Below, piece after piece: positions 25,219-34,885 of a DNA stretch of 64,000 bases. The notes below the pieces were generated by a model that was given only the letters and a program-made list of their open reading frames with translations, searched no databases and was not told where the DNA came from. Positions within the stretch are counted from its first letter, which is position 1. Every line of letters begins with the position of its first letter. The translations under genes and the position numbers were made by a program. Source of the stretch: Cetorhinus maximus (Eukaryota); NCBI RefSeq assembly GCF_964194155.1, contig NC_135886.1:2604001-2668000 (forward strand), written 5' to 3'.

Positions 25219-27434
25219 TCTGCTTTGATGTAGAAAATCTGCGTAAAGCCACATATGGACTTCATACTTTCTATGTTTTGTTTTATTTTTTAAAATGTGA
25301 AGCTGATTCTTACTAGATTGAATCACAGTAAGATCACATTTTTCAATATGGAATGTTTTTGGATTCACTCAAGGTGCTACAAAAATGTTACACAATACTT
25401 CTTGTTTGAAAAGAGTGGAGTGTGGAGTAGAGAAAGATGGTTTCCATCTCTGCTGATAGTGGCTGCTCAACATTTGGGTGGTGTTGTTCTAAACTGACCT
25501 GTAAAATTTTCCTGTAATTAATTTTAAATCTCCCCCAAACAAGGCTTGTGCGTACTCCCTTGTATAACTGCAGCGTTTTGGGGCCAGAATCATTCAATTA
25601 AAAATAGGCAGAGTCCTGATGTGATGAATTCTACTGACTCGAGTTTGCACCCACAGCTTTCGCAATTTCAGCCATACCAGTGTGAAAGAGTGGAAGCCAG
25701 TTGTTCACAAGGATACAGGGAAGATCTTCAGGGAGTACAGCCCTATCTGTCCTCATGCATATCCAGTGACCAATTTGAAAGTCACATGTGTGATTGGTTG
25801 AAGACAGTGTGTAATATTGAAGTCATAAGCAGCAGAGGAAGATGCAAAGAGCGGAAAGGTCTCTTGCTCCTGACAGCAATATAACCCTTAAACAAAAGCA
25901 ATGCTGGAAATCTGAGATGATAACTGAAAATGCTAGACGTTCTCAGCAGGTTAGGCAGCATCTGTAGAGAGAGAAACATTCTGATGAAAGGTCATCAATA
26001 TTTACTCTTTCTCTCTCCACAGATGCTGCCTGGCCCGTGTGTTTGCCTGCATTTTCTGTTTTGATAAAATAACCTTTAATGTCTTCCTGTGCGACTGCAC
26101 AGACAACAAGCTCAATGAAAATAAAATGCTTTGCGTTAGATTAGAACTGAAAGGTTGCATTGGTCTTTGTAACTCCTTTGTTGTGGTGGTTTAATAGGTA
26201 AATGCACTTAGTGAGCTTTATAGCCTGGCAGTGTTAGTCACTCAAAGCTTGGTTTGTGTTAAAATCTAAGCTGAATCAAAAGCACTGGCACATTTAGTCT
26301 CAGTGCTGCCAGGGCTGGGAGGGAGTTTAAAACAATGTACAGCTAGTATTCCCATTTTTGATCAGTCAATTGACTCCCAATGGAGAACTTGCATGTGGCC
26401 TTCTGGAGAGGGCAAGATCTAACTGTAATGGTCCATGCGACCAAACAGCCTGCTGAGGTTTGCTCGGTAGATTTACACATGAATGGTCCCTTGTCTGAGG
26501 TACCAGCAAGAACTGCTGGTGCTGTGTGCGTTTCTGAATTTTGGCTGTTAAGTATTTGTACATTTGTATCTACTGCTGAAGCAGTCTATTGAAAATGTTT
26601 TTAAAAATGATTAAAAGAATTTGATGGGTTATCTTTTTGCTTGATGAGTGACTGAACTTTTTCTCTTGTAGATGAATACGATTTATACCCCAAAGCAAGG
26701 GAAAATACCAGTACAGTGGGGAACTGAGGAAATCTGATTCATATTGCACTGAGTCTTTGTATGCCTTAATTCCAAAGCACATTACAGCTCTCTGTACTCC
26801 CTTGTTCAAAGCTATCCCAGACTGTGTTATATAGCATGTTGTATTTCTGTATAGCAGTTGATGGTTTTTATCTATTTGTGGAAAAAATAATTCATTGATG
26901 GGCCACACCACTTCCCTACTGCCTGAGGTTGAGATAATGTCATAAACCACATGAGCAAACCTTGAAGTGACATACTAACTATGTCAATCTTGGGAGGTGT
27001 TGATACGCTGAAGCCCTTTCAAAAATGTTATATTTACAGTGTGTCTAACCCAAAGCTTTCTTCCTCATTTTGTGCTGAGGATTGCTGGAACAGAACTGTT
27101 GGATTTATGAAGTGATATTGTCTCCCACGTGGCCTGCTGAGCAGTAATGGTGAAATTTATTTAACTGAACAAATAAGACAAGCTGAGCAACCCTGTCTGC
27201 AGAAAACAAAATAAAAACTGTGACTATGCTGGAAATTTAATACAAAAATAAAATGCTGGAAACGTTCAGATTGTCTACGATATGTGGAGAAGCCAGTTCT
27301 GTTGCATGTCTGAAATTTAGTCTGGTCTGTGTTGTTTTACTATCCTTTTTGCCCCACTTCAACTTTCACTCCTGTTCTCATATTGATTCTATTTTTTGGA
27401 TAAGGAAGAGGCATTTCTAACCCTCCAGTAACAC

Positions 27435-28095
27435 ATGGACATTCTTCAGTGTAGGGAGACAGTAGGGATAAATGAGTCTTTTTTGTGTTGGCAAGCTGTA
27501 AATAGTGGAGTGCCACAGCGATCAATGCTGGGGCCTCAACTATTTACAATCTACATCAATGACTTAGATGATAGGAGTGAATGTATGGTAGTTAAATTTG
27601 CTGGTGACTCCCAAGATAGGAAGGTAAGTTGTCAAGAGGAGGTAGCGAGTCTCCAAAGGGATAGAGACAGGTTAAGAGTGGACAAAAAAAATTGGCAGAT
27701 GGAGTATGATGTTGGAAAAGCAATATGCTTTTTAAATGGAGCGAGATTGTAGATCTTGGTGGTACAGAGGGATCTGGGTGATCTTGTGCATGAATCTCAA
27801 AAGGGTAGTCTGCAGGTATAGCAAATAGGGGACATGGTGTAAGAATAGGAGGTCTCCTCTTAAGATGGAGATGAGAATTTCTTTCCCCTGAGGGTTGTTA
27901 CAATGTGGAATTCTCTTCCCAGAAAGCAGTGGAGGCTGTGTCATTGAATTTATTCAAGGCAAGAGTTAGACATATGTTTGATAGACAAGGAAGTTGAGGG
28001 TTTTGGATGACAGACAGGAGTTGAGACCACAACCAGATCAGCCATGATCTTGTTGAATGGTATTGCAGGCTTGAGCCTACTTCTGCTCCTATGGT
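27435..28095 (+). mobile_element. Internally deleted CR1 fragment
   Basis: SGVPQRSMLGPQLFTIYINDLD remnant and CR1 tail. Confidence 0.75.
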
Positions 28096-28715
28096 AAGTG
28101 ACAGCTTAGATGGAATGTTGTCATGGTTATTCAGCAGTGAAGAGCATCACATCTAAGCTGAATCAATAATCTGCATTTTTTTATATATATACTTTAATAT
28201 AGTAAAATATCTCAAGACGCTTCACAAGAGCATAATAAGTCAACAATATCTAACCAACAAATAGGTTAGGTGACCCAAAGTGTGAGCAGAGAGGTAGATT
28301 TCAAGAACTTAAAGGAGGAGGAAAGGTTTAAGGGGGGAATTGAACTAAACAGCTGAAGCCATGGCAATGGTAGGTCAAAGGAGGTGAGCAATGCACAAGA
28401 GATTTGAATTGGAGTAATGCAGAGCTCCCAGAGGTTGTAGGTCTGGAGGAGATTATGGAAATAGGCCTTCCCTAATCAGATGTCCACACGTGATGCACTT
28501 TACAACTGGGATCACTGGGTAGTAATCAAGACTTGGTTAATTTCTCTTTCCCCCCCTCCCTAGTCAAGGAGTGCTAAGGACAGTTGTGGTGTTTCACCCA
28601 GTGCCCTGGCTCAGATTAGCTACCCTCAGTATGAGTGGGGAAGGATCCTGAGAACCTGGGTGCCTCAGTTCCCCATTATCTCAGGACCTTTATTCACTAT
28701 CCTCATATTCTTTGT

Positions 28716-28728
28716 GTCTACACTACTG
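28716..28728 (+). repeat. Left target-site duplication GTCTACACTACTG
   Basis: Identical 13-mer at 34038-34050, directly after the poly(A). Confidence 0.97.
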
Positions 28729-28773
28729 ATCGCTTCTCGGCCTTTTGGCTAAGATCAAGTGTAGTATCTGTTC
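28729..28773 (+). ncRNA. RNU2: U2 snRNA 5' fragment (nt 1-45), retrocopied; not a functional U2 gene
   Basis: ATCGCTTCTCGGCCTTTTGGCTAAGATCAAGTGTAGTATCTGTTC is identical to vertebrate U2 nt 1-45 as I recall it. It includes stem-loop I and the branch-point recognition GTAGTA. No Sm site and no recognisable PSE upstream. Confidence 0.93.
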
Positions 28774-28782
28774 AACGGGAAC

Positions 28783-28810
28783 TCTCGGCCTTTTGGCTAA
28801 GATCAAGTGT
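28783..28810 (+). ncRNA. RNU2: Second U2 snRNA fragment (nt 7-34)
   Basis: TCTCGGCCTTTTGGCTAAGATCAAGTGT is an exact 28-nt repeat of 28735-28762. Confidence 0.92.
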
Positions 28811-28825
28811 TGCAGGAGCGACACC

Positions 28826-30388
28826 ATGGTCCTGCCATGGCAAGGTCGGGATGGAAGGGCGAAAACCAATCGCAATCCGAATTCATACCGTGGGTTACCT
28901 ATCACCGTCCGAGTCACGGTGAACCACAGCGACGAAGGAGGATCACCTATGGATCGGGGCTTCTTCACCAGGAGGATCCTGTTGAAGGCGTGCGGCTTCC
29001 AAGCTACGGAGATCTTCACCCTGCACGACTCCCGCAAAGGTGGTTATTTTGACGTGACGTTCAAGCAAGTGGCAGACTGCGTCCGGCTCCTGAGGGTGTT
29101 CGAGGAGAAGAGAGACCTGCCGGAGATGAAGATCCTGACGGCGGAGCCGCACTTTTCTCTGCCGTTGCAACGGGAACGTGAGGTGATGGTGCATGTGTAC
29201 AACCCCTTCGTCCCTGTCGCCGACGTGGTCACCTTCCTCACCAGGTACTTCGATAAGGTGGGGAGCGGCACTGAGATTCGAGACGACTTGGGGATCTGGA
29301 CAGGCAAACGCCTGTTTAAGGTCACGCTAAAGACCGATGGTAAGGGAGCCATTTTCCACCCTCCTTCCAGTTTCGCAATCGGGGGAAACCGTGGCTACCT
29401 GGTCTACGCTGGGCAACCCAAGCATTGTCGCTCATGCGGCAAGGCTGGTCATGTGGCGGCCAACTGCAGCGCCTCCCTCTGCAAGATCTGCAAACAGGAA
29501 GGGCACCAGACAAAAGACTGCAAACAGGCCAAGTGCTGCAACCTGTGTGGCGAGGCAAGTCACCTCTACAGGACCTGCCCCAAACGCTGCCGTACTTACG
29601 CACAGGCAGCCAAAGCCGACCACGGGGAAGCAGAAGAAATGTTCCGTGTCACTCCAACCACCAAGGCCCCCAGGGAGCTCAACGGGACAAAGGAGGACAC
29701 AGAGAGAGACAAGGTGGAGAAAGAGATTGAGGCAACAGAGAGCCAATCAACAGCACTACCCCCTGAACCTTCCAGTCCTCAGGACAGCGAATCAATGGAG
29801 GAGGAGGCAGCAGTGGAAAAGCAGCAGGGGGAGTGGCGGACGGTGAAGAACAAGAAAAGTAAGAGGGTGCGAAGAAGAAGCAAAGGCGTTTCCCAGAGAA
29901 GCGGCAAGAGGCGTCTCCCATCCGACACGGATGACAAGGGCAGCAGCTCTTCGGATGATGAAGTGCCAGAGCGGCACCGACAGAAGAGGCGGCAAAGCTC
30001 CAGGGCGTTGGAGGACGAGACACCCGAGCTCCAGAAAATTGGAGACAACAAGGAGCCCAGCGCACCCCAACTTGGCCTGCAACCTGAGGAGGCCAGTGCA
30101 CCACAGCCCCTGGAATCTGGGAGCAGTGAGGCAATCATCGCACCCCAGCTCCAGGAAGCCGGGAACAGCAACCCCCCAGAGGGGGTGAGTTTTGGAGAAG
30201 CTTCTCCAGCAAAGGTCATCTCAAAATCCGCTCACTACGTGAACCTCCAGATGCCACTGGAGCAGAACACGGCCAAGGAGATCTACCTCAGCCCATCCAA
30301 AGTGAAGGAATTTGAGCTCACTACGGGTATGAAGGAGCAGACTAAAGGTCTGGGACTCTCAGAGACAGTGGGTTTGGTAGGAGAATAA
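28826..30388 (+). CDS. Tx1 ORF1, gag-like protein with three CCHC zinc knuckles (ZCCHC3-like), 520 aa
   Basis: First ATG of the element, in a strong context (acaccATGg). Knuckles CRSCGKAGHVAANC, CKICKQEGHQTKDC, CNLCGEASHLYRTC; basic NLS-like stretch KNKKSKRVRRRSK. Confidence 0.9.
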   Translation: MVLPWQGRDGRAKTNRNPNSYRGLPITVRVTVNHSDEGGSPMDRGFFTRRILLKACGFQATEIFTLHDSRKGGYFDVTFKQVADCVRLLRVFEEKRDLPEMKILTAEPHFSLPLQREREVMVHVYNPFVPVADVVTFLTRYFDKVGSGTEIRDDLGIWTGKRLFKVTLKTDGKGAIFHPPSSFAIGGNRGYLVYAGQPKHCRSCGKAGHVAANCSASLCKICKQEGHQTKDCKQAKCCNLCGEASHLYRTCPKRCRTYAQAAKADHGEAEEMFRVTPTTKAPRELNGTKEDTERDKVEKEIEATESQSTALPPEPSSPQDSESMEEEAAVEKQQGEWRTVKNKKSKRVRRRSKGVSQRSGKRRLPSDTDDKGSSSSDDEVPERHRQKRRQSSRALEDETPELQKIGDNKEPSAPQLGLQPEEASAPQPLESGSSEAIIAPQLQEAGNSNPPEGVSFGEASPAKVISKSAHYVNLQMPLEQNTAKEIYLSPSKVKEFELTTGMKEQTKGLGLSETVGLVGE

Positions 30389-30398
30389 ATGCTTTAAT

Positions 30399-33300
30399 AT
30401 GGGTTTAAAGATTGTATCCATAAATGTGCGTAGCATTAAATCTACTACGCGATGTGTTGCGACCTTGGACTACCTAGCCAAGGTCAAAGCTGACCTGTTG
30501 TTTCTGCAGGAGTGTGCGATACCGCACCTCAGCTCCTACAGGCAATGGTCACGATGGTGGTCCCACGGGCCATCGATCTGGTCGGGCGGAAACGACTCTC
30601 GTTCCTCCGGCCTGGGTATTCTGCTGCGGGGAGGCAACTTCACCGTCTCCGAGGTCAAGGAGGTGGTGGGCGGGCGACTCCTGGTAGCAGACGTAATGTA
30701 CAAGAACGCTCCACTCCGGTTAATTAACGTGTACGGCCCGGCACAAGGGGCTGAGCGGCTGGAGGTTTTTCAGCAGCTCCCACTGCTGCTGGCGACCTCC
30801 AGGCCGGTCATTCTGGGCGGGGACTTCAACTGCATCATCGATGCGGCTGGACGATCCGGCAGGGCCGGAAGCAGATTGGACGCTACGTCCAGATCCCTGA
30901 TGGAAACAGTTAAGGATGCCAAGCTGCACGACGTCTTCAGCAACCCTGCAGACGGAGCGCAGCGTAGATACACCTGGTCGCGGCCAGACGGGTCCATTCG
31001 TTCCAGGATAGACTTCCTGTTTGTGTCCCGTGCATTCACAGTCAGATCCACCGAAGTCAAGCCGGTGTTCTTCTCTGACCACTGCCTCCTACTGGCGGAC
31101 TGCCACTTGGAGGAAGACCTGAGGGTGGGCAGGGGGGCATGGAAGCTAAATGTGCAACTGCTGACCCCAGAGAACATTGAGGAGCTCAAGAGGGATTACA
31201 AAGGTTGGAGAACCGTGAAACCCCTCTTTGAGTCCCTGACACACTGGTGGGAAGTGATCAAGGGAAGCATCAAGAGGTTTTTCATCCTCAAAGGCACCCA
31301 GAAAGCTAGAAAGGAACAGAGGGAAATGCCCCGACTCCAGGAAAAGATGCAGAATCTGCTCCGGCTGCAGTCGATGGGGGTCGATGTCAAGGAGGAGCTC
31401 CAAGAGGTGAAGGGCCAGCAAGCCTCGCACTTTGCCTCGGAGGCCTCCAAGATCATCTTCCGTTCCAGAGTCCGCTCCGTGGAGCAGGATGAGACGTGCT
31501 CACGTTTCTTCTTCCAAAAGGTACACAGAGAGCGCTCTGTGATCAGCAGCCTGAAGGAAGAAGACGGCTCAGTAAAGTCATCACGGTCCGACATTCTGAG
31601 GATCAGCAAATCCTTTTATGCCGGACTGTATGACGTGAAGCCCACGGACAGCACGGCCTCCCAGTCCTTCCTGTCCTCTATCACGGAGGTCCTAGACCAC
31701 AGTACGCGGGAGAGCCTAGACAAACCGCTAACTCCTGACGAACTGACTAAGGCCCTCGAGTCCTTCGAGAAGAGTAAAACCCCCGGAAGCGACGGCCTGC
31801 CGGCGGAGTTGTATTCGGCTCTGTGGGACTTGATCGGCCCAGACCTGCTAGAAGTGTACGAGAGTATGCTCCTGGCCGGCAGCATGTCAGAATCCATGAG
31901 GAAAGGCATCATCACCCTCATCTACAAGCACAAGGGGGAAAGGGAGGAAATTAGAAATTGGCGACCCATTTCACTGTTGAATATGGACTATAAGATTCTG
32001 TCCAAGGTCATCGCCAACCGGGTCAAATCCGCTCTGGAATTGGTGATTCACCCTGACCAGACCTGCTCTGTGCCAGGCAGGAAGATCTCTGACAGCCTGG
32101 CGCTGCTCAGGGATACGATTGCCTATGTACAGGACAGGGGTGTGGATACCTGCCTCATCAGCTTGGATCAGGAGAAGGCCTTTGACAGAATATCGCACAC
32201 CTACATGGGGGATGTGCTCTCCAAAATGGGCTTTGGGGAGGGAATTCGAAATTGGATCCAACTGCTCTACACTAACATCAGTAGTGCAGTCTCAATCAAT
32301 GGGTGGGAAACAGATAGCTTTCCGATTAAATCTGGAGTCAGGCAGGGCTGCCCTCTCTCGCCTGTCCTTTTTGTGTGCTGCATAGAACCCTTTGCCGAGT
32401 CCATCAGGAAGGATCCGGGCATAAGAGGAGTGACGATCCCAGGCAGTGGAGGCACTCAGGTAAAAGCCTCCCTGTACATGGACGACGTCGCCGTCTTCTG
32501 CTCGGATCCGCTGTCGGTGCGCAGACTGATGCACGTCTGCGACCAGTTCGAACTGGCCTCGGGAGCCAAGGTAAATCGTGGGAAGAGCGAGGCCATGTTC
32601 TTTGGGAACTGGGCTGACCGATCCTTTGTCCCCTTCACTGTCAGGGCTGACGGCCTGAAGGTGCTGGGGATATGGTTCGGAGGGACCGGGGCATGCGTTA
32701 GAAACTGGAAGGAGCGAGTGGCTATGGTGAAAGGGAAACTGGGCATGTGGGAGCGACGCTCCCTCTCCATTGCGGGTAAGAACCTGGTCATCAGGTGTGA
32801 GGTACTCTCGCTGTTGCTGTACGTGGCGCAGGTCTGGCCCATTCCACACTCCTGCGCGATGGCGATCACTCGAGCCATCTTCCGCTTTATCTGGAGGTCG
32901 AAAATGGATCGTGTCTGCAGGGACGCGATGTACAAGCCTCTAGATAAAGGGGGAAAAAACGTGCCCAACATCGCCCTCATACTGATGGCCACCTTTGTGT
33001 GCGGCTGCATCAAGCGGTGCGTAGACCCTCAGTACGCAAACACCAAGTGTCACTACGTGCTGAGGTTCTACCTGTCCCCGGTGTTGCGAAGGATGGGTCT
33101 GGCCACGCTGCCGCGGAACGCTCCAAGTAGTTGGACCGTGCCGTACCACCTGTCCCTGGTGGAAAAATTTATGCAGAAAAACACCTTTGACCACAAGTCC
33201 ATCAGGCAGTGGTCAGCACGTAACGTCCTAGAGGCCCTGAGGGATAAGGAGAGGGTGGACCCTGTGGGATGGTTCCCCGAGCAGACTGTCAAAGTCATTT

Positions 33301-33806
33301 GGCAGAATGCCTCATCGCCAGAACTTTCCAACAAGCACCAAGACGTAGCTTGGCTGGTGGTGAGAAAGGCCCTCCCCGTCAGATCCTTCCTACACGCCAG
33401 GAGTCTCACCCCCTCTGCACGATGCCCTCGAGGTGGCTGTGGTGGGGAAGAGACCGTTGTTCACCTCCTTGTGGATTGTGCCTTTGCAAAGAAAGTCTGG
33501 AGAGAGATGCAGTGGTTGCTGTCGAGGTTCATCCCGAGCAGTTCTGTGACACAGGACTCTGTGCTCTACGGGCTGTTCCCAGGGACACACACCGAGACAA
33601 ACATCAACTGCAGCTGGAGGATCATCAACTCGGTGAAAGTCGCGCTTTGGTCTGCCCGAAACTTGTTGGTCTTCCAGCACAAAGAGTTGTCCCCGACCGA
33701 TTGTTGCGGACTGGCACAATCCAAAGTCCAGGACTACGTGCTGAGGGACGCACTAAAGCTTGGGGCAGCTGCCGCAAAGGCGCAATGGGGAAGGGTCGCT
33801 GTCTAA
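30399..33806 (+). CDS. Tx1 ORF2, APE endonuclease + reverse transcriptase + C-terminal zinc finger, 1135 aa
   Basis: APE motifs SINVRS, FLQE, GGDFN, RIDF, SDH. RT motifs KTPGSDG, WRPISLLN, DQEKAFD, GVRQGCPLSP, YMDD. C-terminal CPRGGC..EETVVHLLVDC. Confidence 0.97.
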   Translation: MGLKIVSINVRSIKSTTRCVATLDYLAKVKADLLFLQECAIPHLSSYRQWSRWWSHGPSIWSGGNDSRSSGLGILLRGGNFTVSEVKEVVGGRLLVADVMYKNAPLRLINVYGPAQGAERLEVFQQLPLLLATSRPVILGGDFNCIIDAAGRSGRAGSRLDATSRSLMETVKDAKLHDVFSNPADGAQRRYTWSRPDGSIRSRIDFLFVSRAFTVRSTEVKPVFFSDHCLLLADCHLEEDLRVGRGAWKLNVQLLTPENIEELKRDYKGWRTVKPLFESLTHWWEVIKGSIKRFFILKGTQKARKEQREMPRLQEKMQNLLRLQSMGVDVKEELQEVKGQQASHFASEASKIIFRSRVRSVEQDETCSRFFFQKVHRERSVISSLKEEDGSVKSSRSDILRISKSFYAGLYDVKPTDSTASQSFLSSITEVLDHSTRESLDKPLTPDELTKALESFEKSKTPGSDGLPAELYSALWDLIGPDLLEVYESMLLAGSMSESMRKGIITLIYKHKGEREEIRNWRPISLLNMDYKILSKVIANRVKSALELVIHPDQTCSVPGRKISDSLALLRDTIAYVQDRGVDTCLISLDQEKAFDRISHTYMGDVLSKMGFGEGIRNWIQLLYTNISSAVSINGWETDSFPIKSGVRQGCPLSPVLFVCCIEPFAESIRKDPGIRGVTIPGSGGTQVKASLYMDDVAVFCSDPLSVRRLMHVCDQFELASGAKVNRGKSEAMFFGNWADRSFVPFTVRADGLKVLGIWFGGTGACVRNWKERVAMVKGKLGMWERRSLSIAGKNLVIRCEVLSLLLYVAQVWPIPHSCAMAITRAIFRFIWRSKMDRVCRDAMYKPLDKGGKNVPNIALILMATFVCGCIKRCVDPQYANTKCHYVLRFYLSPVLRRMGLATLPRNAPSSWTVPYHLSLVEKFMQKNTFDHKSIRQWSARNVLEALRDKERVDPVGWFPEQTVKVIWQNASSPELSNKHQDVAWLVVRKALPVRSFLHARSLTPSARCPRGGCGGEETVVHLLVDCAFAKKVWREMQWLLSRFIPSSSVTQDSVLYGLFPGTHTETNINCSWRIINSVKVALWSARNLLVFQHKELSPTDCCGLAQSKVQDYVLRDALKLGAAAAKAQWGRVAV

Positions 33807-34037
33807 GACCTTTCTACCACAGCGCACCGAGAGACTGGGAACTGTTTAGAGCCCCTCGGGCTGTACAGATCAAAATGAAAGGCTGTAAATGACTGTAATA
33901 TTGTTTGTACTGATGCACCTGGTGATACATTTTGTAAAAGTTTAACCTGGATTGTACCCTTGTAATGTTGTTTTTGAAATGGTTTTGAATGTGATTGAAG
34001 ATTTTTATGAATAAAGTATATTTTTACAAAAAAAAAA

Positions 34038-34050
34038 GTCTACACTACTG
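34038..34050 (+). repeat. Right target-site duplication GTCTACACTACTG
   Basis: Identical to 28716-28728. Confidence 0.97.
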
Positions 34051-34279
34051 CTCAATTGATACGTTACACGAATGAATATCTGAATATCCTTTTAAGACAT
34101 GGGCTAATAAAAATGACTCGTTCAATCTGCTTCATTAGCAGTAAAAGATTCTACACCACTTGTGACAGTTACAGAGGTATATGATGCTCTATTCCACACT
34201 CATAGAATCCTCATATTACAGTAGTGGTAGTATGTATGATGCTCAGATCCAATGAATGACTATTTGTTTTTCCCTGTCT

Positions 34280-34885
34280 ATCATAATATAAGAAATAGGA
34301 TCAGGTGTAGGCCATTTGGTCCCTCAAGCCTGCTCCACCATTCACAAGGATCATGGCCGGTCAGATTGTGGTCATAACTCCACAAGCCTGCTTCCATAAC
34401 CCTCGACCTCCCTTGTTTATCAAAAAGCTGTCTAAGTCTGCTTTGCATGTATTCTATGACCAAGCTTCTACTGCTCTCTGTGGAAGAGAATTACAAAGAC
34501 AGCAATCCTCATAAAAATTCCCCTCATCTCAGTCTTAAATGGGAGATCCCTTATTTTCAAACTGTGCCCCCTGGTTCCAGATTCCCCACAAGGGGAAACA
34601 TTCTCTCAGCATCTTACCCTATCATGTCTCCTCAGAATCTTTTATGTTTCAATAAAAGCACCTCATTCCTCTAAACTCCAATGAATATAGGCCCAATCTG
34701 CTCAACCTTTCCTCATAAGACAACCCCTTCATGCCTGGAATCAGCCTAGTGAATCTTCTCTGAACTGCTTCCAATGCAAGTATGTCCCTTCTTAAGTAAG
34801 GAGTCTAAATTGGTATACGATACTTTAGGTGTGGTCTCACCAAAGCCCTGTGCAGTTGTAGCAAGACTTCTCTACTTTTATACTT
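34280..34885 (-). mobile_element. CR1 3' fragment
   Basis: Colinear with the antisense CR1 at 57315-57900. Confidence 0.75.

Larger units (their letters stand above)
28729..34037 (+). mobile_element. Full-length Tx1-clade non-LTR retrotransposon with U2 snRNA-derived 5' head (Keno-like)
   Basis: Two intact ORFs (gag-like CCHC; APE-RT-zinc finger), AATAAA at 34010-34015, A10 at 34028-34037, perfect 13-bp TSD, and a 5' end equal to U2 nt 1. Confidence 0.95.

Noticed and set aside
28729-28773. A genuine U2 snRNA gene interrupted by the element
   Set aside because: The U2 fragment lies inside the TSD, there is no recognisable PSE upstream, and the U2 remainder (nt 46 onward, Sm site) is absent after the poly(A).
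28745-28825. 27-aa N-terminal extension of ORF1 (MAKIKC.. in the ORF track)
   Set aside because: It starts at a TTG inside the U2 fragment; the first real ATG is at 28826.
28820-28872. HDV-like ribozyme (CATGGTCC .. GGCGAA words)
   Set aside because: No P1 helix, L3 TCC loop or P1.1 could be built; the central part is just a TGCCATGGCA palindrome in ORF1.
29044-33719. Antisense and alternative-frame ORFs inside the Tx1 element
   Set aside because: Short shadow ORFs of GC-rich coding sequence with no recognisable motifs.
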